Origin: Ruditapes philippinarum
Taxonomy: Eukaryota
Reading direction: 5' to 3'
DNA: 64,000 nt
Assembly (NCBI RefSeq): GCF_026571515.1
Contig: NW_026861373.1
Span: 1-64,000, forward strand
Shown here in pieces: positions 38,201 to 51,840 of the stretch (its first letter is position 1; every line of letters begins with the position of its first letter). Under the pieces are notes generated by a model. It worked only from the letters and a program-made list of their open reading frames with translations, was not told where the DNA came from and searched no databases. The position numbers and the translations under genes were made by a program.

Positions 38201-41200
38201 CAAAAATTATATAATGAAATATAGTAAATATATTTTTAATGGTATTTCGTTTTACAATTACTGACCAATCGGTTAAATTAACATACTAATTTTTGTTTCA
38301 GGTGCTTTGAAAATTTAAAAAAAAAATGTGTTTATTGTAGATGCAACATGCGTTCTTCCTTGCAACCCACATGAATGTAGAGATGATCATGATAACTTTA
38401 TCTGCAAACAGACTTGCCGGTAAATAGTTCATTACCTAGAACTGCAGTCTTAACTAATGAACACATTTATCTATAAGTTCAAGAACTTCTTCCAGTTATC
38501 TTACATTACATAAAATATATTTCATTACATAGAACTTCAAAGACTTCATTTATCTATGTCTTATTTCAGGAATTTCTTCTACTTATCTTAGAATCTAAAA
38601 TAAATGAACATCTTTATTCATTTTTAATCAAACCACCACCTATCTTGGATCAAAAACATAATCACATATTTTCATTAATTTTAAAATTTTAATAGAATTT
38701 CATAACAAATTTGCAATATTTTGAAATGTCTACATTTATCAAGAAAAAGGCTGTATGTGGCACTACAGACAAATTATGAGTAACAGTCAATCAGTGTTTA
38801 CTTATAATCTCAGTAGGTTAATCATATTAACAAAATGTGACGAAATTGAAGAGATGAATTTGATTAATTTGGCAACTTCTGGTCCCTTGGAATGTTTAAT
38901 ATCTATTGCACACTATATAAGTATTTGAGTGAATGTTTTTTGATAAAAAATGGATACTTCTTTTGTAATTTTATCTCTTATTTTTTCCAGGGACCAGATT
39001 GGAATTGGACATTCCATAACAGTTATAGATAAACCTGACTTGGACACCGGTATGATACTTTACTCTGCTACATAAACATGTATTGTATTTTTATTATTTC
39101 ATATAGTTTTACTACAAATGTAAGCGCATGAATATCTTATTCACCATAACACCGTTTGTTCAGTATCTTTGAATAAATCGTAAAAGATTGAACGATATAT
39201 GATTTACTTTCCTCCGAGCTATGTGCTAGTTTCAGTCTTAGATGTTTTATATTTGGCGAGCGGTAGCCTAGTGGTTAAAGTGTCTGCCTCTCAACCAAGA
39301 GATCATGGGTTCGAGCTCTACTCGGGTCACGACAATGTTTTTTTCATATGAGACCAGTACTGGTTGGTTTCAGGAAGCGGACTCAAAAGTGTTAAATATA
39401 ATATCGAGCTTAAATAAACATGTTTAACCCATATTTGACTAGTTTTAAATTTTGTTTGCAATGGGTTTAAGCTATTACCCGTTGTTCAGAATAACCTCAT
39501 ATTTCATTATTATAATTTACTAAGTAACTGTAATCTGCCAACGTTTTATAAGTAAACCTTTCTCCGGAGATGGACATAATGCTCAAATGTCGAAATGTAT
39601 GCCAAGTTGAGCTTTATTTGACATGTACTTCGCTTGGCTTCGATAATCGAAATAGACCAATAAATTATGATGGTAGATGTTTTGAATAAAGTACATTTTT
39701 ATGCCCCCACAAAGTGGGGGGGGGGGCATATAGCGTTGCACTTGTCCGTCCGTCCGTCCATCCGTCCGTCCGTACGCCTGTCCGTACGTCCCGAAATCTT
39801 GTGAACGCAACTCCTCTTAAACCGGATGGCAGATTTTGCTTAAACTTCCAGGGATGAACAACCTTAATGTGTAGATTGTAGTAAAGGAAGGAATTTTTGC
39901 TGCGACCAAATTTAACATAATTATGGCCCTTTAATGATTTTTTCACTATATACCATATAGACATTTTGTGAACGCAACTCCTCTTAAACCGGATGGCAGA
40001 TTTTGCCTAAACTTCCAGGGTTGAACAACCTTAATGTGTAGATGGTAGTAAAGGAAGGAATTTTTGCTGCGACCAAATTTAACAGAATTATGTCCCTTTG
40101 TTATTTTTTTCCCTATATACCATATATATGTTGTCAGTGGGGGCATCCGTGTCCTTTGGACACAGTTCTAGTTTTGTATAGAAACTGTCCTAAATATAAT
40201 ATGACTTCCCCCTCCTTTTAACAACTAAACGCTACCATTAGAATAAGACGAATTCATAGAAAAATGTCTAGGTCATATGGGGTATTGCCTATGTAAAATA
40301 AAAAATAACTTTTAAATGACGAATTGTTATTTTAACTTTTAGTTGCACATTCACCATTTCCTCTTGAATCGGCATTTTATCACATAAAGAAAAGATAGAA
40401 ATAGACAAAAACCTCAAAGTCCGCTGTTGATACATTGGTCCTATTTATTGAAAACGTAAGTAATTGTATTAAACTGTTTCAGCAGAGTGCGACGGAGATT
40501 CATGGGTTTGTCAAAATGGAATATGTAAACAATCTTTTAACAAGTATGTCTGTCAATGCAATCCAGGATTTGTGAAGGATAGAGAAACTGAAAAATGTAT
40601 AGGTAATTGGTTAAAACTAGTTCTTGTACAAAAAATGCTGAAATTGTCTAAGCCTAATATTTATTATTCTAACACGACCCGCATGTTTCGCTATTGAATA
40701 AAGAAGAACCGAAAGTGTGTGTTATTATGCAATAAAGTCACAGTTGAGTTCTATATTTAGATATGTGACGTAATCATTATACATGTGACGTAACAACTAA
40801 AAGAATCCGACGCGCTGAAAATAAGTGGCGCAATTTTGCTTAATATCAGGTATGTTAGCATTTTTTTTGTTGATGTCGTGTTAGAATCGAAATAATATAT
40901 CCAAATCTGTGAATTTATCGCTTGATAACATCACTGTTTCTCGTTCGGATGCGCATCATTATATCACTCGGGCTACGCCCTCGTGATATAATTCGTCGCA
41001 TCCGAACTCCAAACAGTGATGTTATTGAGCGATAAAATCACTGTTTGGGATATATTATTTCTTAAACAATAGTCCGTCCGAAATTCAAACTTCCATATAA
41101 ATGGAAGGAACATCATTTCTATCATGACGTAAGTGAACGAACTTTTAAGATACCTTATTGAAGAAAATCAAAATTGTAGATCTACTTAAAAATTAGATGG

Positions 41201-44200
41201 GAACAAAAAAAATCGATTTCAAAAATTTTACCTATTCTTTAGAATTTTACGAATAAACAAACACATAAATAAATAAATAAATAAGTAAATTAATAAATTA
41301 TTCAATAGCGTAAATATTGAGTGAATAATAACGATACACAACACATAAGTAATATATATATATTTATATTACTTTTCTTTTTATTAAAAATATATTTAAC
41401 GCTTTTAGTAGTTAAAAGAAGCAATAATTTTAAATTTATGTTTTGATAAAAGCCATACCATGTGACTATGGAACGTTACTGTTTAACTCATACATAGATT
41501 AAATCTAATGTGTTCTGAATTTCATAACCTCGAGCAACCATTACCTTTATACTTTCAAAGTTTTGTTTGAAGGCTTATTCCAATTACAGAACCAGATGTG
41601 GGTTCCGGAACAAGACCAGGACAACACAAAGAATATATAATTGGTTTGGCGTTCATTCCTGTGGTCTTCATACTAGGTATTTATAACATTCAAGTACTTA
41701 CCGATCAAAATATAACATTACATATGTATTTTTCATCGTAAGGTTTATTACCAATTGTGAAAACTAATTTGACTGGTAAGCTAATTTCATGTTCTGAATG
41801 TCGTTAATTTGACATGTTTTATATATGATTTGACATTATTTTTATTAAAACCGAAAACGTGCTGCTCTTTAAACTAAAATTTATTAATTTAGTGGAATAA
41901 CTTGTTTTATTTTATGCTTTTCAGTGGATTACTGATTTATCCGTGAAAATTCTATTTGATAATTTCACAGTGAAAATTATCAAAATATAATTTCACACTT
42001 TTCAATGACGAAAATACTTTTTTGAGATTTTCCCCATGTGGTACCTGAATTTTATTTTTGCTGACAATTCTGACAATGTCAGGCTATTTAAAGAAAAAGC
42101 AAAGCTGAAATTGATAAATAACTTAAATAACTTAAATGACAAAAGTAATAAAAAGAAGAAAACTTACTTCTATTCATTCAAATTCCAATCACCAATTTCG
42201 TCTCTAAATTTTTTGTTTCATTTTTACAGTCTGAAAAATACATTCCTTCCACATGCAAAACTGCTCTTGATGATATTTTGGCATATTAAAGTATCCTATG
42301 AGCAATAACTGCCGTATGCTTTATGAAAAATTGAAAAGCTATGACAGCAATCAAGCCCGTAGAATAAGTAAACAACCCAGCGTTCCTGAGCCAGCTTCCA
42401 AGTTTTTTCCATTTCCCTAGCTGCTTTATGAATGTTTTCACATCTGTCAAGACTTATTTTTTGTCTGTTGCAATCCTCAAATAAGTTTTCTTTCTTTTAA
42501 AAAGGTGTATGACTAACAAATCCAAATGATATCCCTCTGAATCAAACACAATTATTCCTCCCGTGAAATACACAACTTCAAAAAATGGCTGCCGCTTACA
42601 TTTAACAAAGCCAGGTCTAATATAAATTCGCAGTAAGTAACAGAAATATGGATGGATGGTTGGACTTTTTCTCCTTCAAGAACTGTTTGTTTTCATTATT
42701 AAAAAAGCGATCATCATATTTTTTAATAAAATGAATGATATCACCGTCATTTAACGTTGATTGTCGAACTTATTTTTAAGCTCAAGACTTTTTGTATTTT
42801 ATGAGAAATTCTGACTAAATGGGGCTCTCAATGAGGAAAACAGATTTTGATATTACGTTAATGTTGTGGAAATTTCGTTTTAACTTGTTTTTAAGCATAA
42901 AATAAAAAGAAAATTTGTTTGTTTGTTGTGTAAGATGTAATTTTATTTCGTCTTGTGAACTTTAAAAACAGTATTCTAACTCGTGGGCACGCCACTCGTA
43001 AGAATACTGTTTTTAAAGGCCACTCGATGAAATAAAAATTCACCTTACACACAAACATCCTCTATTAAATAACATATTTGATAATGACAACAACAGTTTG
43101 TCTGTTCATATTTTTATAGAAAGGATTGTATTGTACAAAATCCTTTAGTTTAAGAATGGATATCAAGTTTCAATTTATTTAGCAGTTATAGACTCAAGAC
43201 AATTTCTTTTTTCAGTTGGGTTTTTCATTCTTTACCTTCTTTACCGACGCAATATATGTAAGTATATTTTGTAAATACAAACTTTAAATTCAAGTAAGTG
43301 TCCCATATTGATATATTTCCCAATAATAAGTCAATCGTGCAACCACATAAACATTTATTTGAGCATACCTAAAGTAATTATTATAATCGAAAAAGTGAAA
43401 TAATTAGTTCACTGTTCACTATTAAAACTATTATTATATCTTTTACAGGGAAACCAAAGTGTTTAACAGAAACACCTAGTAATGCATATCATGAAACCTC
43501 TTCATGTGAGACAGGTACGAATAATTCCAATTATGATATGTTTAGGTATTAAATAGCAGCTGAAACACTCAGAATTTGACAGAAACGTTTATATCAGTAT
43601 ATATATCTTGTTAATGAATAAAAATTCAGCATGTATTTTACAAACTGAAGGTAATGTATTTCGATACTTCTTTAGTAACAATACATTCAAGAGGCTTTTT
43701 GCCAAAGGGTACAATTTCAGAAAAACACACTTAAATCTAGATATTTCTTTTTGGCAGATAATAAGTGATAGCATAGATTCATTTTGCTATCGTTTGATAA
43801 ATAAATCAAAATAGAAATGTGATACTACGGTTCTCGGCAGTTTTTGTCTTTCTATGTCATTTCCTTTCCATTATGAATTTAATCTTTGAAACATAATAGC
43901 TTCCTTCTACTGAAATTATTTTCTATCCGTTTGTCTTGGATGTATAAGTAATTACCAACTAAATAAACACGTGTTATTTCTATTAATATGTGTACTTCTA
44001 CATTTAGTTTGTGTTACTGCTGGAGCGTGAATGTGTTATTAAAGATCCTGTATGCTGTAATTAAGGTTGCTACATGTATCACACTTAAGTGAAATGTTAT
44101 ATATATGTATATAATTATGCTTCTAAAACAATTATCAAACATCGAAGAATATGTAAAATTCATACTGAAAATTTTTGTTCACATAATATGTTATCATTAA

Positions 44201-47200
44201 AATATATGCATTCATTTCTTATTGAAAAATTTCACTTAAACTTTATAGAAAATAATTCTTTAATTACCCCCCTTTATTAACATGAAAATGTAAATTCGTT
44301 AAAAACTTTACCAATAATGCTTTTTGGAATTTACACTTTTAATAAATCTTCATTTGAGCATTATATTAATGATAAAAAACCATAAAGAAATTGAGTTACA
44401 GAATCTTTAAATTAAACACATTAATCCTTCAACCGAGACTTTATGGATTCGATCCATGCTTGCGTCACGACCATGTTAATGAATATGACACCAGTACTGA
44501 TTAGTTAAAGGAAGCGGACATGAAAGTCATAAATAATGATTGCAAGAACTTGTTTCACAATCAGGCTTAAATCAATAAAAGCTTAGTCCACAAATTAAGC
44601 AGGTGAGAGCAAGTCAGGAACATTGTGTAATAGTTGCCATCAGAAACATATAAGTAAACGTTACGAAAACATGTTTCCGATCAATATGTCTCTAAACTAT
44701 CTAACAATTTTAATAGGTGAGATTAGTTCAGGAACATCGAGTAATGATTCACCAAGTGTTACCAGAAATAAATCGAGCCGGAATGATCAGCGTATAACAT
44801 TCGACAATACAGAAACTGTGAATATAACAAATAATACTTACCATTACAACGAAACACATCCAGAACAACAAATTGCATTACATTCTGTAGGTATATACAT
44901 CATTTGAAACAACTAGAAGGAAAAGGGAAATAATAAAAATTGCATTTAAAAGAAACATATATTTCTTTAATGAAATAAATTATAAAAATGTAAGTGTTCC
45001 TTATGCAAATTATTCTTATATATAATGTACTATTTTAACCATTAACTTTCAGGGTATGTCTGGTCAATTGTTACAAATCGGTCATTATCGCTCCATGTGT
45101 GTATTTCTTTATTGAAACTTTTTCATTTTCATATGACCGGTTCCTTATCTATAGCTGGGCAGATCAATTGAACAAATTAAGCAGCGTAGTCAATGTTTTT
45201 AATTGGTGTATTTAATAAACTGTGCATACTATGCTTGTATAAATATATTTTAAAACAGTTTTGCCAGTAAAGACCTAAATTATTCATGAATTTAATTATC
45301 GTGCTATTTTATACATAACCAAATTCATAACTATTTTATATACAATATGATTTTAAATAAATGATATCTTGCGTTAAAATTGTGATTATGTATTACAAGT
45401 ATCAAAAGTTCAGAAATCCGGAAGATGACACAGTTCCTCTTGCAGCTGAAAAAGGTGAATGAAATATTTCTTTCTTTTGTTTTGACAATTAATTCATTAT
45501 AATTAAGTTAATCTACTGATACAAGATTTTGATGTGATTACGACACAGTTGTCAAACTGCCTGCGTTTTCTTCTGGGTCTAGTTTTATCTGTTATTGTTA
45601 AACGATATGATTTCCTTTCGATATTATTTTCGTATGGCGCCCAGCCGTTTTATTTCTTAAATCGAGCTCCGCACCTCCGCGGGGTGAAGTTTAACTAATA
45701 AACTTCGCCCCGCGCCTTCGCTAACTAGCGTATTTTTGCTCCGCTCCTCCGCATTTTCACTTGTTTATTCTCGATTTTTCGCTTTACGGGGTCGCGGGAC
45801 GAATACACACTTATTAGCGTGTTTTCGCTCCGCGCACCGCCGATTTATTTCCTCAATCTTGCCCCGCGCCCCCACTAATAAGCGACTTATGCTCCGCGCC
45901 TCCTCCATTTAAATTTGTTAATAATCGACCTTTTCGCTTGGCGGGGTCGCGGAGCGAAAACACGAATGGCACAAATGAGCCACACTATTCCCGCATGCAT
46001 CGGTTGTGAATGACGTCATGTTAACTATGTGTTAATATGGATTGATAAAAATGCACGCACTTTATCACTGCTATCAATGAAATTCCATGTTTGCTAACAA
46101 TGTATTTGCTGTTTACTAAATGTATAAAATTAATTTTAATAATGCTAATGTGTATATATTTTTATTGAAGCAATTTATGGAATAAACATTTTCTTTCAGT
46201 TTTCACCTTGCTGGAACCGAAAATTAATATTCTTTGGTATCTGTACATAGTCAGTCGTAAACTTCTACCATGTTTTATATTGTTGTTAGTTCATATTTGA
46301 TCGCCTTAATTAAAATCAAATTAAAAAACGTATACATCCATTATTCAGAAAGCGTTATTAGCGTGATCACGCATCTTCGTATATAGATTTAAAGCAAACA
46401 CACATGCGGTACCATTTAAGATTGCAACACAATAAGTCTTTAATCAAGTGTTTTGTACATAATAATGTGTCATTATGAAAATTGACAGACAAAAACAGAA
46501 AATCTTATATTAAACAAAATAAAAAACAGACAAGCCAAAAAGAGGATGAAATATATAAAGCGTAGTTACCGATATAATGTATATTGGCCGTTTTATTTAT
46601 AGATGCCTACTTTTGAACTATGTTGGTAAAATTCTAAGGCGGTACATTGTTATCTAAAATATTATAACTGTTGTAAAACACACAATTCCTGTAGTGATAT
46701 GTTGAAAACATTTTCAGCAACATCAACCAGTGGCAATATACAGAAAGTTACAATAGAGACTATAGGAGTAACAAGTGAAGACGAAACAAAGCCTTTGTTA
46801 CCTTATTCTGAGACGGGTAAGAAGAACTAAATTAATTGACAATATAAGACAAGTCTCATGAAAATTGTCTTAAAACAGAGAACGTAGTCACTTTAAAGAA
46901 TTCAATATAACTGTAGGAAGAACTTAATCATTATTACTGCATCAAACATTAAATTTCAAAATCTATACATTTCAAGTGTCTCACAACTTAAAGAAAACAT
47001 TGACACAGTGATTTTATTATTAGTTTTAAATATAAATACGATCTGGAATAGAAGTCTCTGTCACATTTATTTTTATAAATGTCATTCCTCATTGAATAAT
47101 TTAAAGACTAAAATAGTTTTGATAAAATAAAAGTGAAGTCAGTTTCAGATTAAAATGTCAAAAATATATACTGTTTAAGTTTCATCGTCATTGTTAACTA

Positions 47201-48381
47201 GCAGGCAGGATACATTTTACGGAATGTAAGAAAGAAACAGATGATACCAACTCAGAAGCTTATATAAGACAGCTACATGACCTTATGAAGAAATGTGCAG
47301 CTGTAATGTACAAGGATAACATTATTGGGACTGCTTTTCGTATTGGTCCTTCTTACGTGATCACAGCATTTCATGTCATAAAGATTATTGTAAAAGGTTG
47401 AAACCGTTTGATTTCATATATTATATCTATATCTTTGAAAATATAAGAATATTTTTTTTGTTACTTTAGTTTATAAATGTTTAATAAAAAAAGATGGCAA
47501 ATGAATTTAGAAAAGTTTACCCTCTCAAATGGCGTTTAACAAGCTAAATGATAGATGAATATAAGTGCATGTTTTAGCATTTCTTTTTTTACCAACTAAG
47601 TAAATTGATTTAATTCATCATACATATACAATGTATATTTTTATATTTATTTATTATTTTTTCATGAAACCTTTTCTTTGCAGATTTAAGTGGGAACTTC
47701 GATTTTTCACTGATTGATCATGAAAATGTAACTTTAAACTTTAATGAAAATGTGAACAATCTACATAAGTACAAAATTCGACTTACATATGTATTTCATG
47801 ATGAGCAGTACGATTTTGCGATCCTTGACATTAAGGATGTTCATCTTCAGACAGAATTTCCGAAAGCATTTCTGCTGTGGAGACATAATGTGTCTCCTTC
47901 GGACAAATTGAAAGGAACAATAATAGGGTTTGGTCATCAGGTTAATTCTAATGAAAAACAAGAAGAAACATGTCAGTTAAATATTAAAGACTTTACACAG
48001 CGGCTCACAGACGCCCGTGTAAGCTTGTCTCAAAATGAAATGGCTTACAAAGAGGACTTGCGAAATCAAAATAAAGATGAACGACTAGTCGATCTCGGAT
48101 ATTCAGGTATTGAAAGCGACGAGTACATAAAAGTGGATACTTTTATGGGTCAAGGACTATCTGGTGGTCCTGTAGTAACAAATGAAGGACATTCTCCAAA
48201 AGTCGTAGCTATGTTTGTTGGTGAAGTGCCCCGTTTTTATCATGAATTGTCCCGGAATAAACAATCGACCTTCAAAGAGAGACATTTGTTTAATATTTGT
48301 CTCAAAATGTCTAAAATACACGAGATTTTGGTGAATAAAAATCCAATGCTAGCATCTAAAATCTTTCCTAAGGAAAAATAA
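35209..48381 (+). CDS. Gene B: paralog of gene A (Cys-rich+EGF ectodomain, TM, cytoplasmic FAM111-like serine protease)
   Basis: Exons 35209-35368, 35536-35660, 36222-36380, 36798-37092, 37787-38131, 38341-38419, 38991-39049, 40483-40602, 41590-41676, 43216-43257, 43449-43514, 44717-44886/44890, (45053-45096/45100 and 45400/45414/45446-45454 ambiguous), 46718-46816, 47202/47205-47396, 47684-48381. TM YIIGLAFIPVVFILVGFFILYLLY-RR. Triad His 47372, Asp 47812, Ser 48160 (GLSGGP). Confidence 0.85.
36798..37092 (+). CDS. Gene B exon 4: leader plus Cys-rich ectodomain
   Basis: attcag|GTG...AAAG|gtaagc; paralog of 3041-3341 with a 6-nt deletion. Confidence 0.85.
37787..38131 (+). CDS. Gene B exon 5: TNFR-like Cys-rich region
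   Basis: 345 nt, same as A exon 5. Confidence 0.9.
39256..39427 (+). mobile_element. tRNA-derived SINE
   Basis: A box tagcctagtgg, B box gggttcgagc, body ...ccagtactggttggtttcaggaagcggac; another copy at 44428-44580. Confidence 0.7.
39697..40173 (+). mobile_element. Helentron/HINE (Pearl-like) element with two 167-bp core repeats
   Basis: Sub-TIR atgccccc/gggggcat, (CGTC)n, repeats starting at 39801 and 39968, 3' hairpin gtgtcc-ttt-ggacac, ctagtt end, T-rich flanks. Confidence 0.85.
40483..40602 (+). CDS. Gene B EGF-like exon (AECDGDSWVCQNGICKQSFNKYVCQCNPGFVKDRETEKCI)
   Basis: Six Cys, phase 1-1. Confidence 0.9.
40660..41063. mobile_element. Interspersed element with ~170-bp terminal hairpin (40890-41060)
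   Basis: Arms aaataatatatccaaa...cactcggg / ccctcgtg...tttgggatatattattt; inner inverted pair ttctaacacgac / gtcgtgttagaa. Confidence 0.6.
41590..43257 (+). CDS. Gene B transmembrane exons (41590-41676 and 43216-43257)
   Basis: 24-residue hydrophobic helix split by a phase-1 intron and followed by RR. Confidence 0.85.
41925..43065 (+). mobile_element. Interspersed element with terminal hairpin (42928-43051)
   Basis: tgtgtaag...taaaaacagtattct...agaatactgtttttaaa...cttacaca palindrome; related copies near 12965 and 34060; 5' boundary approximate. Confidence 0.6.
44717..44886 (+). CDS. Gene B Ser/Asn/Thr-rich cytoplasmic exon (no counterpart found in gene A)
   Basis: aatag|GT GAG ATT...; donor gtaggt after 44886 or gtatat after 44890. 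Confidence 0.7.
45640..45990. repeat. GC-rich ttcgccccgcg / gcggggtcgc interspersed repeat (related copy at 17355-17520)
   Basis: Shared aaaacttcgccccgcg, ctaataagcg and gcgaaaagtcgagaa motifs in direct and inverted orientation. Confidence 0.6.
47202..48381 (+). CDS. Gene B protease exons (47202/47205-47396; 47684-48381)
   Basis: GTAFRIGPSYVITAFHVI / YDFAILDI / VDTFMGQGLSGGPV. Confidence 0.93.
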
Positions 48382-50192
48382 ATAAAGGGATTAAAATCGT
48401 TGCTAATAAAAGAAGAAGACGATGAAAATATGAAGCAGAAGAGAACAGCAACTAAAGCGATGATGTAGTTTTGAAGAAGAAACAAAGTGACCTTCATTAT
48501 GTAATACATTTGTAATTTATTCTTGAATATGATTTTGATTTCTGTGCTTGATTAACTGGGCTGAAAAGATCATGTATGTGCACTTGAGAGATATATGTGG
48601 AATGACATATGAGGACCAAGAGATAATCTAATGAACATATATTCTAGTTTTTTTATGGAAGATGTATGAGGGGATAATGTAAGATTAGCAGGAGGTCATC
48701 TAAATGTACATATACATAAGTTGTTATGGAAAAATTATGAGGGGTCACCTTAGATGACAAGGGGGTATTTAAGATGTATAATAGGGCTGGGCGAGTATCA
48801 AAGTACTCGAATAATCACGAATCAAAATGAAAAATTGTACGATTATCTGTCAGTCCAGAGATTGTGGATCCCGATCTTATTTATTTATACACATTCACTG
48901 CTTCTCACAATCTAAAAGTCGAACTAAAATTACAATTTGAGTATGAATTATGCGACGTTTACTGAAATACAATTTGCCGATTAAAGACAGGAAGTAAACA
49001 AACAAGCTAGAAAGTCATTAGTTTCCTAATTAAAATCACTTTATCCACATGAACCTGACATTCTACCAACATTAACGATAATATCCATAATATACCCCCA
49101 ATATAGTTATTTATACTATAAAGAGGTATTTTAAATATCATTTATATTGTCAGAACTACAGAACATGTACATTTAGGTAATGCAGATTATCCGATTGTCA
49201 GCTATTTTCTGACCCTTCGCGAGAAAAGAATCCAGCACTTTTAGGTGTTTAGAAATGAGTACCGCTCAAGCCGATGCTAGGGGCGTGAGGGATGTTGCAC
49301 TTTCCATTATCCCTCATTTACAGACTCGATTAAACCGAGTCTGCAATTTTTACGTAAGTTTGCTGTTTTTAATGCTTCCAAGGGCTCTCTTTTTTATCAG
49401 TAATATATATACATTTAGATGATCCTTTACTCATCTTACGTAATATCATCACATGGGTTCATATCGCGGTTTAATTATTAGGTATATAAATGAAAATTCA
49501 TAATAATACTATTGTATGTCCTGAACACTTTAAAATTAGTTTCAATTTTTAGACATACATTTTATATTCATAAGAAGGATTAGGCATATGCACTATTTAC
49601 AAATGACATTCACCGGGACGCTGATCATTTTCACAACAATTTATAGTTTAATCAGGATGATCACGCTTTATCATAAATTCTTGCTTAATTTATAGGCTGC
49701 AACGGCGGGGCTTTATATGCTAAGTGTTCTATCCCATGATTCAAATTATCGAATACATATTTTTCAGTAGAACTATACAATAAATATTTTTAATTAAACA
49801 ATGTACATTTTCAAATATAGAACACACATATAGAAAATTATCGCACTCAATACTTTTTATGGTGAACAAATATTCAGCAGGATTGAATAAATATTATGAT
49901 ATAAAATATAAAATTAGAGTTATACAATATAAATATTTGATGTAGAACAAAAATTTAATTTATTAAATATTGCAACGTTTAACATGCCATATGAACCTAT
50001 CAAATTATGATTTTAGAAAATAGGGGCTTCAATACGTATTTCTATAACATTGCATCGGGCACCAGCAAAACAAAAACAAAATGGTGTGTATTTGCCAAAC
50101 GTTTGTTGGTTTAATATTAGAACAGATCATACCAATCTAATTTGAGTCTATAAACGACTATTGCACATATATTTTTATTCAATATCGTACTC

Positions 50193-51620
50193 TACACAAG
50201 AACAAGGTACTAGTATTTGTTATATAATGTGTCAATGTAACATTACATGAAATGTGGTTTATCCGGTTTATAAAATGTAACGCATAAAGTCAATATATAT
50301 ATGTAAAACATGATTTATAAATAAAAAAATGTGAAAAATCCTGTTTTTATTTAAATGAAAAGATTTATTCATAATTCATTATTTACGCACTATGCTAATA
50401 TAACAAATAACGAAGTTAAACGGAAAATGTCGGTTTACTACGATAGATAACATACCTTGTAAATGTTTCAAAGGTTAGTTTACTGTACTACAAGAGTGTT
50501 CCTGATCCGATGCAAGGTTTTTAAACGGGATATTCAAAGGAAGATATTTATTTGTTTATTCAGATTATTTGCTATTATTTAGAATAACATAAAATAGTAA
50601 GATGCGTATACGTAAAGACTTAAACTGAGCTTATATTTCGTGCAGAGCTTTACCTCACATTTATGTAGTTAAACAATTATTTCACATATTTCTATCAATA
50701 TACTAGTCAAATAATACTATTTATTTCTCAGTGTAAGACATTGTTACGATTTTTATCAATTCAGATATAATACATTTAATTATGTGACTTTCGCGTCATT
50801 TGATTAGGCTTATGTAGTCTCAACAGAATCTCAAAGGAAACGCAATTACAATATGAAGAAGCTCTGATGAGATCAATCTGTCAATAAAAAACATTAAATT
50901 CAAATTTTAAACGGTAAATCTAATATATATAGATCTTTACAAATTTATTCTTAGATGCACGTTATTTGACTCCTGGTTTCCCAACACTATTGGTTTCTCA
51001 AAACTATTTAATTTATTTTTAGAAAAAAATATTTATTCAATAGTAACAGTAATTTGTATGAATATTATTGATGTATTCACTTTTTCTTGTCTTCTTTTAT
51101 GTTTTCTTTTTTAACAAAATAGGAATTCTTTGCTGTATTACATAAAAACAAGAATTTAATGATATATCTTAGATTCATAATGAACTGAATAGTTTTACAT
51201 ACTGCAAACATGGACCGAAAAGTTAATTGTATTTCAATAAAAAAAAAAACACATTTTAATAGCATGTTCCTAGTTTGGAATGATGTAGCATTAAATAAAA
51301 AATGAGAAATAAACGTTTTTCTTTCGTACAAATTTGTTTCATAAATCTAGGTGATTAGATCTCAAAAAGACATATCAATGTGTGTAAGTATTCGCTGCAG
51401 CAGTATGTGAACTCAATTTGTATGAATGTTGAATTATTAAAGTTTAATTTAATGTGATTTTTACACCTATCTTTACCATGCAATATTGCAATTGTGTTGT
51501 AATCCAGAGTGATGAAAATGATTTCATTTATTATACTAATATTTGATATTGTTCAATTAAGATATTAACATTAACATTTTACGCCCACGAAATTTAATGC
51601 TGGGTATTGCACTCGAAACA
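50193..51620 (+). repeat. Segmental duplicate of the 26121-28700 non-coding block
   Basis: Colinear matches, e.g. tacacaagaacaag, tttactacgatag, gggatattcaaagg, ctggtttcccaaca, gtgattagatctca. Confidence 0.75.
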
Positions 51621-51840
51621 TTGTATGATATCAGTAACCATAACACAATGCACATCTTTTTTCATGAAATTTTGAGAACGAGTTTAAATATTTTCATTGT
51701 AAGGATTTAGTTTGTAACAATTCTGGTGTTTATTTACAATTTCATTTAAGGGTATTACCTTTGTACAATGTTTGTTAATCTTTTTAAAGATTTAACCGTT
51801 GCAAAAATTAAAAACTAGAAATCCGTTTTACTGTCTACAG

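Noticed and set aside
39256-39335. tRNA gene
   Set aside because: A and B boxes are present but there is no clean cloverleaf, and it continues into a SINE body found in several degenerate copies.
48782-48830. hAT-like left end tagggctgggcg
   Set aside because: No matching right TIR or target-site duplication found.
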